Below are positions 10,201 to 18,085 of a DNA stretch of 64,000 nt, in pieces; position 1 is the stretch's first letter; each line of letters starts with the position of its first letter. The notes below the pieces were generated by a model. That model saw nothing but the letters and a program-made list of their open reading frames with translations. It made no database searches and was not told the DNA's origin. A program made the translations under genes and the position numbers. This DNA is from Clostridiales bacterium (GTDB taxonomy: Bacteria > Bacillota > Sulfobacillia > RBS10-35): positions 11,705 through 75,704 of the forward strand of contig JAHHQG010000027.1 in the NCBI GenBank assembly GCA_018729555.1. Direction: 5' to 3'.

Positions 10201-10479
10201 CGCCTCCCCCAGGCTGGGGCGAGGCGCCCACGCTTCCTCCTTCATGAACCACCAGGTCAGACGGGTAAAGCTCACCACCAGGGACCGCTGGGCCCCCCTG
10301 CGCCCCCTTTCATGAAGGGCGTCCAGGAGATCCCGCTCCATCTGGTAGGTGGCCTGTTCGGGCACGAGAAGCAAAAGGGGACGGCCCCAGGGATCGGCAG
10401 CTTCCAGGGCGGCCATTTCCCTGAGGATCCGCCGGGTTTTGCCCGTTCCCGCTCGGCCCAGGAGAAGCTTGAGCTTCAT
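7273..10479 (-). CDS. addB: ATP-dependent helicase/nuclease subunit B (AddB)
   Basis: N-terminal Walker A GRAGTGKT immediately after ATG 10479. C-terminal nuclease motif VRVVDYKTWG. Cys cluster (AACSFRYL ... CKNCIFQGFC) typical of the AddB Fe-S staple. Confidence 0.9.
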   Translation of the reverse strand: MKLKLLLGRAGTGKTRRILREMAALEAADPWGRPLLLLVPEQATYQMERDLLDALHERGRRGAQRSLVVSFTRLTWWFMKEEAWAPRPSLGEAGGVMALQAFLLRHQKELLYFGPVARKPGLARTLWRSLQELESQGIGPEELERVEGVAGDLEAKLRDMALLMREYRLHLGQRKDEPDALTQMARILPQSRALQGVRLFVDGFSHFYEAQWQLLRALLHTAEEVTVALTVDPRAPDEPLFAHPRRTWKRLLEEAREGGIPVEEVALGEPLRFEAQGLRHLERELFSFPGERHPGPVSELVLWSARHRRHEVLALAGEVERLVREEGLRYRDVAVWVRDLDLYRHDLASVFRSRDIPFFIDRRRPVPHHPLLQLILAALEAVAGGFPPETIYRYLKSDLLSLPRDKADRLENYGLAMGARGSHWQSRSPSFPDPEMEGLRQQALGPLFRLEDAFRPSQASLARDYGEALLAFLEELEVPQRLEAWSAEAEGEGRLDEAQEHLQVWDQVMDVLEQASLALGDLSLSPTLYHRMLREGLGVIDVGLVPPTLDQVVIGTAERSRPGPIRVLFLLGVTEDAYPRPAEEDVIFSDAERELLLEKGLDLGKTSALRMEEEAFLTYVAFTRASHRLYVSYPRRSEEGKRLHPSTWIRRLKVLFPRLEEREPADHLPFTRPQMAAYLAQRVRQELDGEKPLEARERALWSSFQRDEEGRRLLEPYLWALRYQREEAALVGEDLRLLLGKEPIFSVSQLETYAACSFRYLSHYILGLKERPLARMDPARLGEVFHRGLLHLSRRLAEEGCLEEEALPDLLDAILADMEHRIPEVRRSYVRRQLVRILGEVGRHLQEHLAYGQFRPSGLEKPFRFPLLLPDGTRAFLEGRIDRVEECSTEETTWVRVVDYKTWGKSLDLEEVRLGLSLQLPLYLLAAVELWGGEPAGFLYMPILLRWKERPPSLKMDGYLVDHPDALLAMDERGSGRLIPASQVQKGGWSKQSKILPLEDLRALMEKALKHAQTWSQAILEGRVKEEPLYWNGRLACKNCIFQGFCHYDPFLPGFQPRRPRKGEGEQP

Positions 10480-10667
10480 CGGGGGGCTCCCGAAGGCTCC
10501 TCTTCCTCGTGGTGGGCCCCATGGACTTCCAGGCCGCAGGAGGGGCATTTCCAGAGGTGGTCATGGGGAACTTTCGGTCCCACCACCGGCCGCGGACGAA
10601 GGGCCACATGATCCTGGATCCAGGCTTTCATGGGAATCCGGCACTTGGGACAGAGGGGAGGATTCAC
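10476..10667 (-). CDS. Small zinc-ribbon protein (63 aa), translationally coupled to addB
   Basis: GTG start preceded by AAGGGGGTG RBS. Two CxxC pairs (CPKC ... CPSC). The stop overlaps the addB ATG as ATGA. Confidence 0.4.
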   Translation of the reverse strand: MNPPLCPKCRIPMKAWIQDHVALRPRPVVGPKVPHDHLWKCPSCGLEVHGAHHEEEEPSGAPR

Positions 10668-10817
10668 GTCAGCACCCCCTTCTCTTGGGCTTCATGGTAG
10701 CACAGCCTTCCATCCCGTGGCGGATGTCGGCGGTAATCTCCGCCTCGCTGCCTTGCCCATGGAGAAGGTGGCACAGATCCTAAGAAACGGTAGCATGGAA
10801 GGAGACACAGAAAGCGG

Positions 10818-11336
10818 GTGGACCGGGTGGAGGAGACGAAGGATCGGGTACGGGATGTGATGGTGAGTCCCGTGGTGACGGTGTCGGAGGATGCCACGGT
10901 AGCGGAAGCCGTCAACCTCTTTGTGGAAAAGTGGCTCAGCGGCGTCCCCGTGGTGGACCGCCAAGGGAAGCTGGCGGGGATCCTCACCGACGGGGATCTG
11001 GTGAGAGCCCTGGCGGCGACGGGGATCGGGTACGCTTCCGCCTTCCGCCAGGGGGAAGAAGCCCCCGAGCTCCAGGAGGAGGTGGAAGAGCGGGTCTTTC
11101 GCCTGGCCCTCCAACCCGTCGGGCAGCTCATGACCCGCCAGGTGGTGACCATCCACCCCGATGCCCCTCTGGCGGAAGCCGCCGCCCTCATGGATCGCTA
11201 CCGCATCAAGAAGCTGCCGGTGGTGGAAGGGGACACCCTGGTGGGCATCGTCGCCCGCAGCGACATCGTCCTCGGGGTCCTGGCCCAGCTCAGCCGCCAG
11301 CTGGCTGCCCAGTGGCCGCGGCCAGAACATCCCTGA
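10818..11336 (+). CDS. CBS-domain pair protein
   Basis: Two tandem CBS repeats: VMVSPVVTVSEDATVAEA...GVPVVDRQGKLAGILTDGDL and LMTRQVVTIHPDAPLAEA...KLPVVEGDTLVGIVARSDI. The GTG start is uncertain. Confidence 0.8.
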   Translation: MDRVEETKDRVRDVMVSPVVTVSEDATVAEAVNLFVEKWLSGVPVVDRQGKLAGILTDGDLVRALAATGIGYASAFRQGEEAPELQEEVEERVFRLALQPVGQLMTRQVVTIHPDAPLAEAAALMDRYRIKKLPVVEGDTLVGIVARSDIVLGVLAQLSRQLAAQWPRPEHP

Positions 11337-12345
11337 GCTCCCGGATGTCGGGCACCAAGGGATGGGGATAGTACCCCAGGTGGGCGAAGATGTCGGGGAG
11401 CCAGAGGCGCTGGGCCCCGGCATCGCTGACGCCCGCGTAAAGGATGGCCGTCTCCCCCGGGATCCGGTGGAGCCCGCCGGGAAAGACCACATCCCGCACG
11501 CCCCGGTGCTTGCTGGGCCCGGGACGGAAGATGCGGCGTTCCCCCAGGAGGACCATCTCCTCGTGGGAAAACTCCCTGGGTTTAAAGACGAAGGCCATGG
11601 GGTAATAATGGCGTTCCCCCGACGACCCGAAGCGGGCCACATGCCCCAGGACCAACACCTTCCCTCCCGGCAACAGCTGGGCCTCGTTGGCTCCGCCCCA
11701 TTCCTCTTCGCCAAAGAGCCCTTCCAGGAGGGGCGCCCCTTCAAAGTCGGCGCCCTTCAGGTCATCCAGGCGATCCACGGTGAAAAAGCCGATTTTCCCC
11801 CGGCCTCCCCGGCCGCCCTGGGGGCGGGTGAAGACCCCGATGCGCCCGTCCTCCAGCTCCACCAGGCGGATATCCTTCATGCCCACAGGACCCCTCGCAA
11901 AGGGTCTGAGGGATGAAAGGCTTTCCCCACGGAAGAACACGGTGCGCCACCGCCAGAAGTAGGGAGGCTGGCCTTCCGGGTCGATGAAGGTTTCCACCCC
12001 GCCCAGGACCAACTCCCCGTGGATCCGGGTGACGAAGGGGTCCTGGAGGGGAAAGGCGGGACCATCGGGCAAGAGGCGCCAGGTGCCCTTCTCATCGGGG
12101 GTGAAGAAGCGCACCTCCGACACCTCGCTAAACCGCTTTTCCACCCGCCCCGCCAGGACCCAGCGCCCTTCATCCCAGAAGGGCGCCGTGATGTTGTACA
12201 CGTCCGAGCGACCCACGCCGCTGAACTTCAGCACTTCCGCGCGGGAAGGATAGGGGGAAGCTCTGAACCGGGCTAAAAGGGCCTCCACCCGTCCTCCTTG
12301 CGCCCATCGTCGGTCCAAGGACCATGACCTCCTGTCCTTATTCAT
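11290..12345 (-). CDS. DUF1861-like (beta-propeller glycosidase-like) protein
   Basis: 351-aa ORF whose overall pattern (YNITAPF, FFTVDRLDDL, YAGVSDA) matches my recollection of the DUF1861 family. An alternative GTG start at 12288 follows an AAGGAGG. The 3' end overlaps the convergent CBS gene by 47 nt. Confidence 0.5.
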   Translation of the reverse strand: MNKDRRSWSLDRRWAQGGRVEALLARFRASPYPSRAEVLKFSGVGRSDVYNITAPFWDEGRWVLAGRVEKRFSEVSEVRFFTPDEKGTWRLLPDGPAFPLQDPFVTRIHGELVLGGVETFIDPEGQPPYFWRWRTVFFRGESLSSLRPFARGPVGMKDIRLVELEDGRIGVFTRPQGGRGGRGKIGFFTVDRLDDLKGADFEGAPLLEGLFGEEEWGGANEAQLLPGGKVLVLGHVARFGSSGERHYYPMAFVFKPREFSHEEMVLLGERRIFRPGPSKHRGVRDVVFPGGLHRIPGETAILYAGVSDAGAQRLWLPDIFAHLGYYPHPLVPDIRELRDVLAAATGQPAGG

Positions 12346-12373
12346 CGGTGCTTCCTATAGTTGGGTTTGCACA

Positions 12374-12414
12374 GGGAAAACCCCGCGCCCCCCGGAGGAG
12401 GGCCGGGGTTTCTT
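12374..12414 (-). terminator. Rho-independent terminator downstream of lpdA
   Basis: Inverted repeat AAACCCCG...CGGGGTTT. On the minus strand it is followed by a TTTT run. Confidence 0.5.
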
Positions 12415-12509
12415 CCCTATCCCCGGCAGCCTGACGTCTCGGCTGCTCATGGAGTTCCTCTTTCGCGCTATCGGCCCCGTTTCCTTTCGCCCGCCGCCGG
12501 CAAATTTCG

Positions 12510-13916
12510 TCAGCGGCCGTAAAAGTGGGTGGCCGGGCCGTAGATGAGCTCCGCCGCCTCCATGACCGTCTCCGACAAGGTGGGGTGGGGATGGATGGTG
12601 AGGCTGAGGTCTTCCGCCACCGCCCCCATCTCGATGGCCAGGACCCCCTCGGCGATGAGCTCGCCTGCTCCCGGCCCTGCGATGCCCACCCCCAGGATGC
12701 GCTTCGTCTCCTTGTCCACCACCAGCTTGGTGACGCCGTCGCTGCGGCCCAGGGTAGCCGCCCTCCCGGAGGCGGCCCAGGGGAACCGGCTCACCTGCAC
12801 TTCACGGCCCTGGGCCTTGGCTTCTTCTTCCGTCAAGCCCGCCCATGCGATCTCCGGATCGGTGAAGACCACCGCGGGAATAGCCATAGGCTCGAAGGCC
12901 ACCTTCCTTCCGGCGATGGCTTCCGCCGCCACCTGCCCTTCATGGGTGGCCTTGTGGGCCAGCATGGGCTGTCCGGCCACATCCCCGATGGCGTAGATGT
13001 GGGGAACGGAGGTGCGCCGGGCTTCATCCACCACGATGAAGCCTTTGGCATCCACCTCCACCCCCACCTTCTCCAGGCCAAAGCCCTTGGAATTGGGTAC
13101 CCGACCCACGGCCACCAGGACCCGATCGAAGGTCGCCTCGAAGGTCTTCCCGTCCTTCCCTTCCAGGGTGGCCAGGAGCTGGTCCCCCTTCTCCTCGATT
13201 TTCTGCACCTTCGTCTCAAAGTGGAGGGCCGCCAGCTGCTGCTGCATGGCCTGCTGCAAGGGCCGGACCAGATCCCGGTCCACTCCCGGCAAAAGGCCCG
13301 GCGTCATTTCGACAAGGGTCACCTGGCTCCCCAGGGCCGAATAAACGGTGGCCAGCTCGGCGCCGATGTAGCCTCCCCCGATGACCAAAAGCTTTTGGGG
13401 GATGTCGGGGAGGTTTAGGGCCGCGGTGGAATCCATAACCCGGGGGCTGTCGATGGAGATGCCCGGGAGGGCGATGGGGCTGGAGCCGGTGGCGATGATG
13501 AGGTGCTCAAAGGCCACCTCTTCCTTTCCCTTGGGGCCTTCTACCACCAAGGTGTGGGCATCCACAAGGGTGCCCCGGCCCTGGATGTACCGGATCTTCC
13601 GGGCTTTGGTGAGGGTCCCCAGACCTCCTGTCAGCTTCTTCACCACCCCGTCCTTCCAGGCCCGCAAGGCGACCAGATCCACTTTTGCCTCTCCTAGGTG
13701 GACACCCCACTTCGAGGCTTCCCGGGCTTCCCGGAGAAGGGCCGCCACATGCAAAAGGGCTTTGGAGGGAATGCAGCCCCGGTAGAGGCAGACGCCCCCG
13801 GGATTTTCTGCTTCATCGACCAACACCGTGCTGAGACCCAGATCGGCTGCGCGAAAGGCTGCCCCGTAGCCGCCGGGGCCACCCCCGAGGACCGCCACCT
13901 GCACTCGTTCCGCCAT
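12510..13916 (-). CDS. lpdA: Dihydrolipoyl dehydrogenase (E3)
   Basis: ATG 13916 (MAERVQVAVLGGGPGGYGAAF, FAD fold). Redox-active disulfide GGVCLYRGCIPSK. C-terminal interface HPHPTLSE. Confidence 0.9.
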   Translation of the reverse strand: MAERVQVAVLGGGPGGYGAAFRAADLGLSTVLVDEAENPGGVCLYRGCIPSKALLHVAALLREAREASKWGVHLGEAKVDLVALRAWKDGVVKKLTGGLGTLTKARKIRYIQGRGTLVDAHTLVVEGPKGKEEVAFEHLIIATGSSPIALPGISIDSPRVMDSTAALNLPDIPQKLLVIGGGYIGAELATVYSALGSQVTLVEMTPGLLPGVDRDLVRPLQQAMQQQLAALHFETKVQKIEEKGDQLLATLEGKDGKTFEATFDRVLVAVGRVPNSKGFGLEKVGVEVDAKGFIVVDEARRTSVPHIYAIGDVAGQPMLAHKATHEGQVAAEAIAGRKVAFEPMAIPAVVFTDPEIAWAGLTEEEAKAQGREVQVSRFPWAASGRAATLGRSDGVTKLVVDKETKRILGVGIAGPGAGELIAEGVLAIEMGAVAEDLSLTIHPHPTLSETVMEAAELIYGPATHFYGR

Positions 13917-13924
13917 GGTCCCTT

Positions 13925-15274
13925 TCACCCTTCCACCAGGAGTCGTAAAGGCTGTTCCAGGGCCTCCGCGATCCACCGCAAGAAGCGGGCCGCATCGGCG
14001 CCGTCGATGACGCGGTGGTCATAGGTCACCATGAGGGGAAGGATGGTGCGGGGTACCCACTGGCCATCCTTCCAGATCGGCCGCACCTCTCCCCGCGCCA
14101 CCCCCAGGATGGCCACCTGGGGCCCGTCCACCAGGGGCGTGAAGCCGGTCCCGCCCAGGCCCCCCAGGTTGGAGATACTAAAGGTGGCCCCCTGCATCTC
14201 CTCCAAGCTGAGCTTTCGCTGCCTCGCCCGCTCCGCCAGGTCCCCCAGCTCCTTGGCGATGGCCAAAAGCCCCTTTTGGTCGGCGTTGCGGATGACGGGG
14301 ACCAAAAGGCCGTGGGGCGTATCCACCGCCACCCCGATGTGGACATAGTCTTTGTAGATGATCTCCTCGGCCTTCATGTCGATGCTGCAGTTGAAGCGGG
14401 GGAACTGCTTCAAGGCGAGGGCCGCCACCTTCACCAGGATGGCGGTGACGGTGAGCTTGACCCCTTCCTTTTCGAAGGCCGGCCCCATGGCCCGGCGGAA
14501 GGCCTCCACCTCGGTGATGTCGGCTTGGTCGAAATGGGTCACCTGGGGGATCTCACGCCACACCTGGCTGAGGTGGCGGGCCGTGGCCTTGCGGATGGCC
14601 GTCATCTTCTCCCGCCGGATGGGACCCCACTGGGAGAAGTCGGGGAGGGGCGCTCCGACCTCCGCCTGATCGGCCGTCGCCCGCTCCCGCACAAACCGTT
14701 TGACGTCTTCGATGAGGATGCGGCCCTTGGGCCCCGTTCCCCGCACCTGAGAAAGAGGGACCCCCAGTTCCCGGGCAAACCTCCGGACGGCAGGCCCCGC
14801 CGGGATCAGCCCCCCGTTTTCCTCCCGGCGGGGAAGGGCGGCCGCCGGCACTTCCTCCCGCCGTTCCTTCGGCGCCTCCTCCTTCCGCGGAGGTTCCTCT
14901 TCCGGGGAAGCCTCTTCCTTAGGCGCTTCTTCGGCTGGCTTTTCCGCGGCAGCCTCCTGGACCTCCCCCACCTGGGCGGCCGCCTCCTCCGGCTCTTCTT
15001 CCGCCTCCGGAGCCCCCTCCTCTTCCAGGGTGAGGATCACCTGGCGGTTCTTCACCTCATCCCCTTCCTTGACCAGCACCTCCTTCACCACGCCCGAGGC
15101 TTCGGAGGGAACCTCCACCACCGCTTTTTCCGCTTCCACTTCCAGGATGGTCTGGCCCTCTTCGATGCGATCCCCGGGCTTCACCAGCACCCGAGCCACA
15201 GTGCCGGCAGCATCTCCTTCGGCCAGCTTGGGCAGGCGCACTTCCTTCGGCAAGGGAACCCCCCTTTCCCTCAC
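13925..15274 (-). CDS. Dihydrolipoamide acetyltransferase (E2)
   Basis: Single lipoyl domain (ILEVEAEKAVVEVPS), Ala/Pro/Glu-rich linker and peripheral-subunit-binding domain. Catalytic DHRVIDGA. GTG start forms a GTGA overlap with the E1 stop. Confidence 0.9.
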   Translation of the reverse strand: MRERGVPLPKEVRLPKLAEGDAAGTVARVLVKPGDRIEEGQTILEVEAEKAVVEVPSEASGVVKEVLVKEGDEVKNRQVILTLEEEGAPEAEEEPEEAAAQVGEVQEAAAEKPAEEAPKEEASPEEEPPRKEEAPKERREEVPAAALPRREENGGLIPAGPAVRRFARELGVPLSQVRGTGPKGRILIEDVKRFVRERATADQAEVGAPLPDFSQWGPIRREKMTAIRKATARHLSQVWREIPQVTHFDQADITEVEAFRRAMGPAFEKEGVKLTVTAILVKVAALALKQFPRFNCSIDMKAEEIIYKDYVHIGVAVDTPHGLLVPVIRNADQKGLLAIAKELGDLAERARQRKLSLEEMQGATFSISNLGGLGGTGFTPLVDGPQVAILGVARGEVRPIWKDGQWVPRTILPLMVTYDHRVIDGADAARFLRWIAEALEQPLRLLVEG

Positions 15275-17988
15275 GACACCACAGGATCGGGTTTATCCGG
15301 CGCGATGTCCCACTTCTTTTGGGCTTTCTTCACGGCGTCCCAGGGGATGGACCCCTCCTGGGCCAGGGCGTAGAGGGCCGCATAGGCCACATGCTCCCCA
15401 TCCACCTCGAAGAAGCGGCGGAGGGCCGGTCGGCTGTCGGAGCGACCGAAGCCGTCGGTGCCCAGGGTGTAGAAGGGCTTTTTCAGGTGGCGCCCGATAA
15501 TATCGGGCCAGGCTCGGACATAGTCGGAGGCCGCCACCACAGGCCCTTCCGCCTTCCCCAACGTCTTTTCCAGGTGGGAAAGCTCCCGGGTCTTCTTTCC
15601 CGGCTGGCGCATGGCCCGCCGCTCCACCTGGGTGGCATCCCGATGGAGAAGCTTGTAGCTGGTGGCGCTCCACACGTCGGCCGCCACCCCTTCCTCCAGG
15701 AGGAGCTCCTGGGCCCGCACCACCTCGTTGAGGATGGCGCCGCTCCCCACCAGCTGCACCGCGGGCCCCTTCACCTTGTCCAGCTCTTGGGCGCTGCGGA
15801 ACCGGTAAAGCCCTTTGATGACCCCTTCTTCCACGTCATCGCCTTTGGGCATGGGCGGCTGCACGTAGTTCTCGTTGCCCACCGTCACGTAGTAGAAGAC
15901 ATCTTCCCCGTCGACGAACATCTGCTTCAGGCCGTGGCGGATGATGGCGGCGATCTCGTACGCGTAGGCGGGATCATAGGCCATGAGGTTAGGGATGGGC
16001 AGGGCCAGGACATGGCTGTTGCCGTCCTGGTGCTGCAGACCCTCCCCCGCCAGCTGGGTGCGGCCCGAGAGGCCCCCGATGAGGAAGCCCTTGGTGCGGA
16101 GCTCCGCCGCCGCCCACACCAGATCCCCCACGCGTTGGAGGCCGAACATGGAGTAGAACCAGTAGAAGGGGATCATGGGGACCCGGAAGGTGTAACCGGC
16201 TGTCCCCGCGGCGATGAAGGAAGCCATGGACCCGGCTTCTGTGATCCCCTCCTCCAGGATCTGTCCGGTGACGGCTTCCTTATAGGGGAGAAGGGTGTCG
16301 GAATCCACAGGCTCGTAGAGCTGGCCCACCGGCGAGTAGATGCCCACCAGGCGGAAGAGGCTCTCCATCCCGAAGGTGCGGGCCTCGTCGGGGACGATGG
16401 GCACGATGTACCGGCCGATATCCTTGTCCCTTAGGAGGTTGGTCAAAAGGCGCACCGCCACCATGGTGGTGCTGACCTTGCGCTGGCTGCCCTCTTTGAA
16501 CTCGACGAAGGGCTCTTCGGGGATCCTTTCCAGGGTGGCGAAGCGGGGGTTGCGCTGCGGAAGACCTCCTCCCAGCTCCTCCTTCCTGCGGAGGAGGAAC
16601 TGCATCTCCGGAGAATCCTCCTTGGGCTTCACAAAGGCCAGCTTTTTCACGTCCTCGTCAGGGATGGGCAGCTGGAAGCGATCCCGGAAGAGGAGGAGAT
16701 CCTCATCGGAAAGGGTCTTCAGTTCATGGGCCACATTCCGGGCTTCCCCCGGGGCGAGGCCCCATCCCTTGACGGTCTGCACTAGAACCACCGATGGGGC
16801 TCCCTTATGGTTCACCGCCGCATGGTAGCCGGCATACACCTTGACGGGATCGTGGCCCCCCCTCCGAAGCTTGGCCAGCTGGTCGTCCGAGAGGTTTTTC
16901 ACCAGCTCCTGGAGCTCCGGAGTGTTGAAGAGATGCTGCCGCATGTAGGTGCCTCCGGCCGCCTGGTACTTCTGAAGGTCGCCGTCCAGGATCTCCCCCA
17001 GGCGCTTGGCCAAAAGGCCGTCCTTGTCCCGGGCGAAGATGGGGTCCCAATCGCTGGACCAGAGGACCTTGATGACGTTCCAGCCAGCACCCCGGAAAAA
17101 GCTCTCCAGCTCCTGGACGATCTTCCCGTTGCCCCGGACGGGCCCATCCAGCCGCTGAAGGTTGCAGTTCACCACGAAGATGACGTTGTCCAGGCGTTCC
17201 CGGCCCGCCATCCGGACGGCCGCCATGGCTTCCGGCTCATCCATCTCCCCGTCGCCCAGGAAGGCCCAGACCTTCACGTTGGAGGTGTCTTTGATACCCC
17301 GGTCGTGGAGGTAGCGGTTGAACCGCGCCTGATACACCGCCTGCAGGGGTCCCAGGCCCATGGAGACGGTGGGAAACTGCCAGAAGTTGGGCATGAGCCA
17401 GGGATGGGGGTAAGAGGAGAGGCCCTTCTCGGAGACGATCTCCCGGCGGAAATGCTCCAGATGCTCTTCCGTCAACCTCCCCTCGAGGAACGCCCGGGCG
17501 TACATGCCCGGCGAGGCGTGACCCTGGAAATAGACGAGGTCACCGGGATCGTCTCCCTTGGGACCCCGGATGAAGTGGTTCAGAGCCACCTGATAGAGGG
17601 TGGATGCCGATTGATACGTCGAAAGGTGGCCGCCGATCCCTTCGATCTGGCGGTTGGCCTTCACCACCATGGCGATGGCATTCCAGCGGATCCAGTTCTC
17701 CAGGCGCTCCTCCATCTCCAGGTCCCCGGGATAGGGCGGCTGCTCTTCGGGCGGAATGGTGTTGAGATACGGGGTCACCGGCTGAGGCGCCACTTCGATG
17801 CCCGCCTGCCGGGCCCGGATGGTCAGCCGCTCCAGGAGGGATTTCACCCGCTCCGGCCCTCCGTAGCGGATGACATAGTCCAGCGATTCCAGCCACTCCT
17901 GCATCTCGATATCCCCGGGGTCCCTGGGATCCTTCAGCTGGTAAGCCACCTTCCTCACCCCTTTCGGCACCTTGACCAGTTCTTTCAA
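15271..17988 (-). CDS. aceE: Pyruvate dehydrogenase E1 component, homodimeric AceE type
   Basis: About 900-aa single-chain E1. TPP motif LGDGEMDEPE. The N-terminus aligns with E. coli AceE (EMQEWLESLDYVIRYGG). The TTG start at 17988 is uncertain and downstream GTGs are possible. Confidence 0.9.
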   Translation of the reverse strand: MKELVKVPKGVRKVAYQLKDPRDPGDIEMQEWLESLDYVIRYGGPERVKSLLERLTIRARQAGIEVAPQPVTPYLNTIPPEEQPPYPGDLEMEERLENWIRWNAIAMVVKANRQIEGIGGHLSTYQSASTLYQVALNHFIRGPKGDDPGDLVYFQGHASPGMYARAFLEGRLTEEHLEHFRREIVSEKGLSSYPHPWLMPNFWQFPTVSMGLGPLQAVYQARFNRYLHDRGIKDTSNVKVWAFLGDGEMDEPEAMAAVRMAGRERLDNVIFVVNCNLQRLDGPVRGNGKIVQELESFFRGAGWNVIKVLWSSDWDPIFARDKDGLLAKRLGEILDGDLQKYQAAGGTYMRQHLFNTPELQELVKNLSDDQLAKLRRGGHDPVKVYAGYHAAVNHKGAPSVVLVQTVKGWGLAPGEARNVAHELKTLSDEDLLLFRDRFQLPIPDEDVKKLAFVKPKEDSPEMQFLLRRKEELGGGLPQRNPRFATLERIPEEPFVEFKEGSQRKVSTTMVAVRLLTNLLRDKDIGRYIVPIVPDEARTFGMESLFRLVGIYSPVGQLYEPVDSDTLLPYKEAVTGQILEEGITEAGSMASFIAAGTAGYTFRVPMIPFYWFYSMFGLQRVGDLVWAAAELRTKGFLIGGLSGRTQLAGEGLQHQDGNSHVLALPIPNLMAYDPAYAYEIAAIIRHGLKQMFVDGEDVFYYVTVGNENYVQPPMPKGDDVEEGVIKGLYRFRSAQELDKVKGPAVQLVGSGAILNEVVRAQELLLEEGVAADVWSATSYKLLHRDATQVERRAMRQPGKKTRELSHLEKTLGKAEGPVVAASDYVRAWPDIIGRHLKKPFYTLGTDGFGRSDSRPALRRFFEVDGEHVAYAALYALAQEGSIPWDAVKKAQKKWDIAPDKPDPVVS

Positions 17989-18085
17989 TATAGCACGAAA
18001 GCGAAAAGGGTCCGGACCCTTGCCTCTGAAGGTTTTTCTCCCTCAAGGATCCATTCCCTCCCGGGCCTTCTGCTACCATCAGAAC

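Noticed and set aside
11290-11336. 47-nt convergent overlap of the CBS and DUF1861 genes as a possible antisense regulatory feature
   Set aside because: It is more simply explained by weakly constrained C-terminal tails running on in stop-poor high-GC sequence. There is no structure or motif in the overlap.
10692-11744. 350-aa minus-strand ORF spanning the CBS gene and part of the DUF1861 gene
   Set aside because: It is out of frame with both well-supported genes and has no motifs.
14800-15030. Repetitive GAAG/GGCG/CTCC-rich DNA that could be mistaken for a tandem repeat
   Set aside because: It encodes the Ala/Pro/Glu-rich flexible linker of the E2 acetyltransferase (EEEPEEAAAQ...KEEAPKE). 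This is a normal feature and not a repeat element.
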